In this document: positions 62,193 to 64,000 of the stretch, in pieces
Layout: every line of letters begins with the position of its first letter
Numbering within the stretch: position 1 is the first letter of the stretch
Source of the DNA: an uncultured Gemmataceae bacterium
GTDB taxonomy: Bacteria; Planctomycetota; Planctomycetia; Gemmatales; Gemmataceae
Reading direction: 5' to 3'
NCBI GenBank assembly: GCA_963750165.1
Contig: CAVVPN010000003.1
Span: forward strand, 2,112,001 to 2,176,000
Length of the DNA stretch: 64,000 bases
The notes under the pieces: generated by a model
The model's input: only the letters and a program-made list of their open reading frames with translations
What the model was told of the DNA's origin: nothing
Databases searched by the model: none
Program-made: the position numbers and the translations under genes

Positions 62193-63101
62193 TCAGATAA
62201 TCCTCAGATCGGTCCAGACGCCCATGGCGCACAGGCGAATGTACAGGTCGGTGAACCCGACGCTGAACAGCGACGCCCAGGCCCATTCCATGTGGTGTTC
62301 GTTGAAGACCGTGCTCCAGCGCCACAGCTTGTAACCGGGCTTCAGTTTCTCGACGTTGCCCGGACAGCTGAAGCAGTTGAGCCGGCCGCCGACGAGATGC
62401 CGCACCGAATTGCAGCCGAACGTGAAGCCGGTCAGCAGGCCCACGTTGGCCACCATGATGAGCGTGCCCAGGCCGACGCCGAACTGCCAGCCGTGATCGG
62501 GCAGCAGGGTGCCAGCACGGTCGGCCGGCCAGAAGAAGGCCAGCAGGGCGTCCCAGGCGAGCAGCACCAGGAAGAGCACCGCGAAGTACATCCAGTAGCG
62601 GTGCGAGTTCTGCAAGATGAGCGGCAGACGGTTCTCGCCCCAGTAGCCGGTGCGCGGCTCACCGACGGCGCAGGCGGGCGGGTCGGCCCAGAAGGCGCGG
62701 TAGTACGCCTTGCGGTAGTAGTAACAGGTGAAGCGGAACAGACCGGGGAAGGCGAGGATCAGGAAGCCGGCGGAGAACGGGAACCAGCCCGGCAGCCAGC
62801 CCGGACGGAGGTCACCCTTGATCCAGGCGTGATGGCTCTCGCCGTTGGGGTCGTAGATCAGCGGGGCGAAGAACGGCGACAGGTACGGAGCGACCGGCTT
62901 GTTGCCGGCGGCGTGGAAGTCGGTCCGATCCTGGCGGATTTCGTAGAAGCCCCCCTGCCAGGCCGCCCAGGTGCCGTAGATCAGGAACGCCAGCAGTCCA
63001 ATCACGACGAGTGACGGCCCGGCCCACCAGGGGTCGCGGCGAGCGGTCGTGCCAAAGCCTGTCGCCTGGGGTGGGGGAGTTGTGGTGGTCGCCTGCGCCA
63101 T
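62193..63101 (-). CDS. Single-subunit membrane anchor of an Sdh1-type succinate dehydrogenase
   Basis: FRFTCYYYRKAYYRAF, PPACAV.EP, QN.HRY, GCNSVRH, H.EWAWASL; first gene of the sdh operon; GGAGG upstream. Confidence 0.85.
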   Translation of the reverse strand: MAQATTTTPPPQATGFGTTARRDPWWAGPSLVVIGLLAFLIYGTWAAWQGGFYEIRQDRTDFHAAGNKPVAPYLSPFFAPLIYDPNGESHHAWIKGDLRPGWLPGWFPFSAGFLILAFPGLFRFTCYYYRKAYYRAFWADPPACAVGEPRTGYWGENRLPLILQNSHRYWMYFAVLFLVLLAWDALLAFFWPADRAGTLLPDHGWQFGVGLGTLIMVANVGLLTGFTFGCNSVRHLVGGRLNCFSCPGNVEKLKPGYKLWRWSTVFNEHHMEWAWASLFSVGFTDLYIRLCAMGVWTDLRII

Positions 63102-63223
63102 GAAGCCTCCGAAGATTGCACCGATTCGCTGTCTTTTGTCGTTGTAGGACCGCGAGCCGCGAACTGCAACGCTGCGAGGATTTATCAGTTCGCGCTGACG
63201 ACGGCAGCGCGAACCGATAAATC

Positions 63224-63922
63224 TCAAGCAATCGGCGGCAGCCCCAGCTGCTTGCGGCACTCGTCGAGAATGACCCTGGTCGCCGTCGCCCCGACGCGCT
63301 GGACGCCGAGGGCGCGCACCTGCAACAACCGCTCGAAGGTGCGCACGCCGCCGGCTGCCTTGACGGCCATGCGCGGCGGCGAACAGCGGCGCATGAGCCG
63401 CAAGTCCTCATCGGTAGCGCCGCCGTCGCCGTAGCCGGTCGAGGTCTTGACGTAGTCGGCGCCGACCTCGCCGCAGATGCGACAGAGCCGTTCCTTGTGC
63501 TCGTCCTTGAGGAAGCAGTTCTCGAAGATGACCTTGACGAGCGCCTTGCGGCGGTGGGCGGCCTGGACCACGGCGGCGATGTCGTTGCTGACGTAGGCGT
63601 CATCACCGCCGAGCACCTTGCCGATGTTGACGACCATGTCGAGTTCGGTGGCGCCGTCGTTCATGGCCTGTTCGGCCTCGGCGACCTTGATGGCGGTGAC
63701 GTGGCCGCCGTGCGGAAAGCCGATGGTGGTGCCGACCGCGACGGTCGAGCCCTTGAGGAGGGCCGCGGCCAGCGGCACGGCGTAGGGTTTGATGCACACC
63801 GAGGCGGCGTCGTAGGCGCGGGCGAGGCGGCAGCCGGCTTCGAGCTGCTGGTCGGTCAGCACCTGTTGCAGTAGGGAATGGTCGATCATCTTGGCGATGT
63901 CGGTGTAGGTGTAGTCGGCCAT
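63224..63922 (-). CDS. deoC: Deoxyribose-phosphate aldolase
   Basis: IDHSLL, IGFPHG, ELDMVVNIG, KVIFE, YVKTSTG, VKAAGGVR. Confidence 0.96.
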   Translation of the reverse strand: MADYTYTDIAKMIDHSLLQQVLTDQQLEAGCRLARAYDAASVCIKPYAVPLAAALLKGSTVAVGTTIGFPHGGHVTAIKVAEAEQAMNDGATELDMVVNIGKVLGGDDAYVSNDIAAVVQAAHRRKALVKVIFENCFLKDEHKERLCRICGEVGADYVKTSTGYGDGGATDEDLRLMRRCSPPRMAVKAAGGVRTFERLLQVRALGVQRVGATATRVILDECRKQLGLPPIA

Positions 63923-64000
63923 GAGGGTGGCTCCGCGGCGTGGGGGATTCGGCGAAGGGGTATTGTAGACGTGGCGGCGGCGCGCGGCACCACGGATGCG

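Overview
High-GC bacterial chromosome segment, most likely a planctomycete (Gemmataceae-like). The assignment is inferred from a DUF1559 prepilin-type protein, a beta-RFAP synthase, Cys/Gly-rich secreted proteins and many long palindromic repeats. Housekeeping genes include a ppdK fragment, tpiA, a solitary rplC, an RluA-family synthase, thiL, hflX, obgE, coaX, an MnmE-like GTPase, an Sdh1-like succinate dehydrogenase operon, deoC and tRNA-His. Envelope/export genes are abundant: five TolC-like genes, an RND pump with a non-canonical proton relay, and a TolC + PhnD-like binding protein + MMPL cluster. A 375-bp MITE (20-bp terminal inverted repeats, 6-bp target duplication, internally deleted transposase-like remnant) sits inside a REP-like palindrome. 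A small accessory locus at about 14.98-16.55 kb carries a deleted DUF3990-like gene. At least eight genes, including the normally essential obgE, have 1-2 base frameshifts that are best explained as assembly errors. No CRISPR array, rRNA, integrase or prophage was seen. All functional calls come from motif recognition by eye, not database searches.
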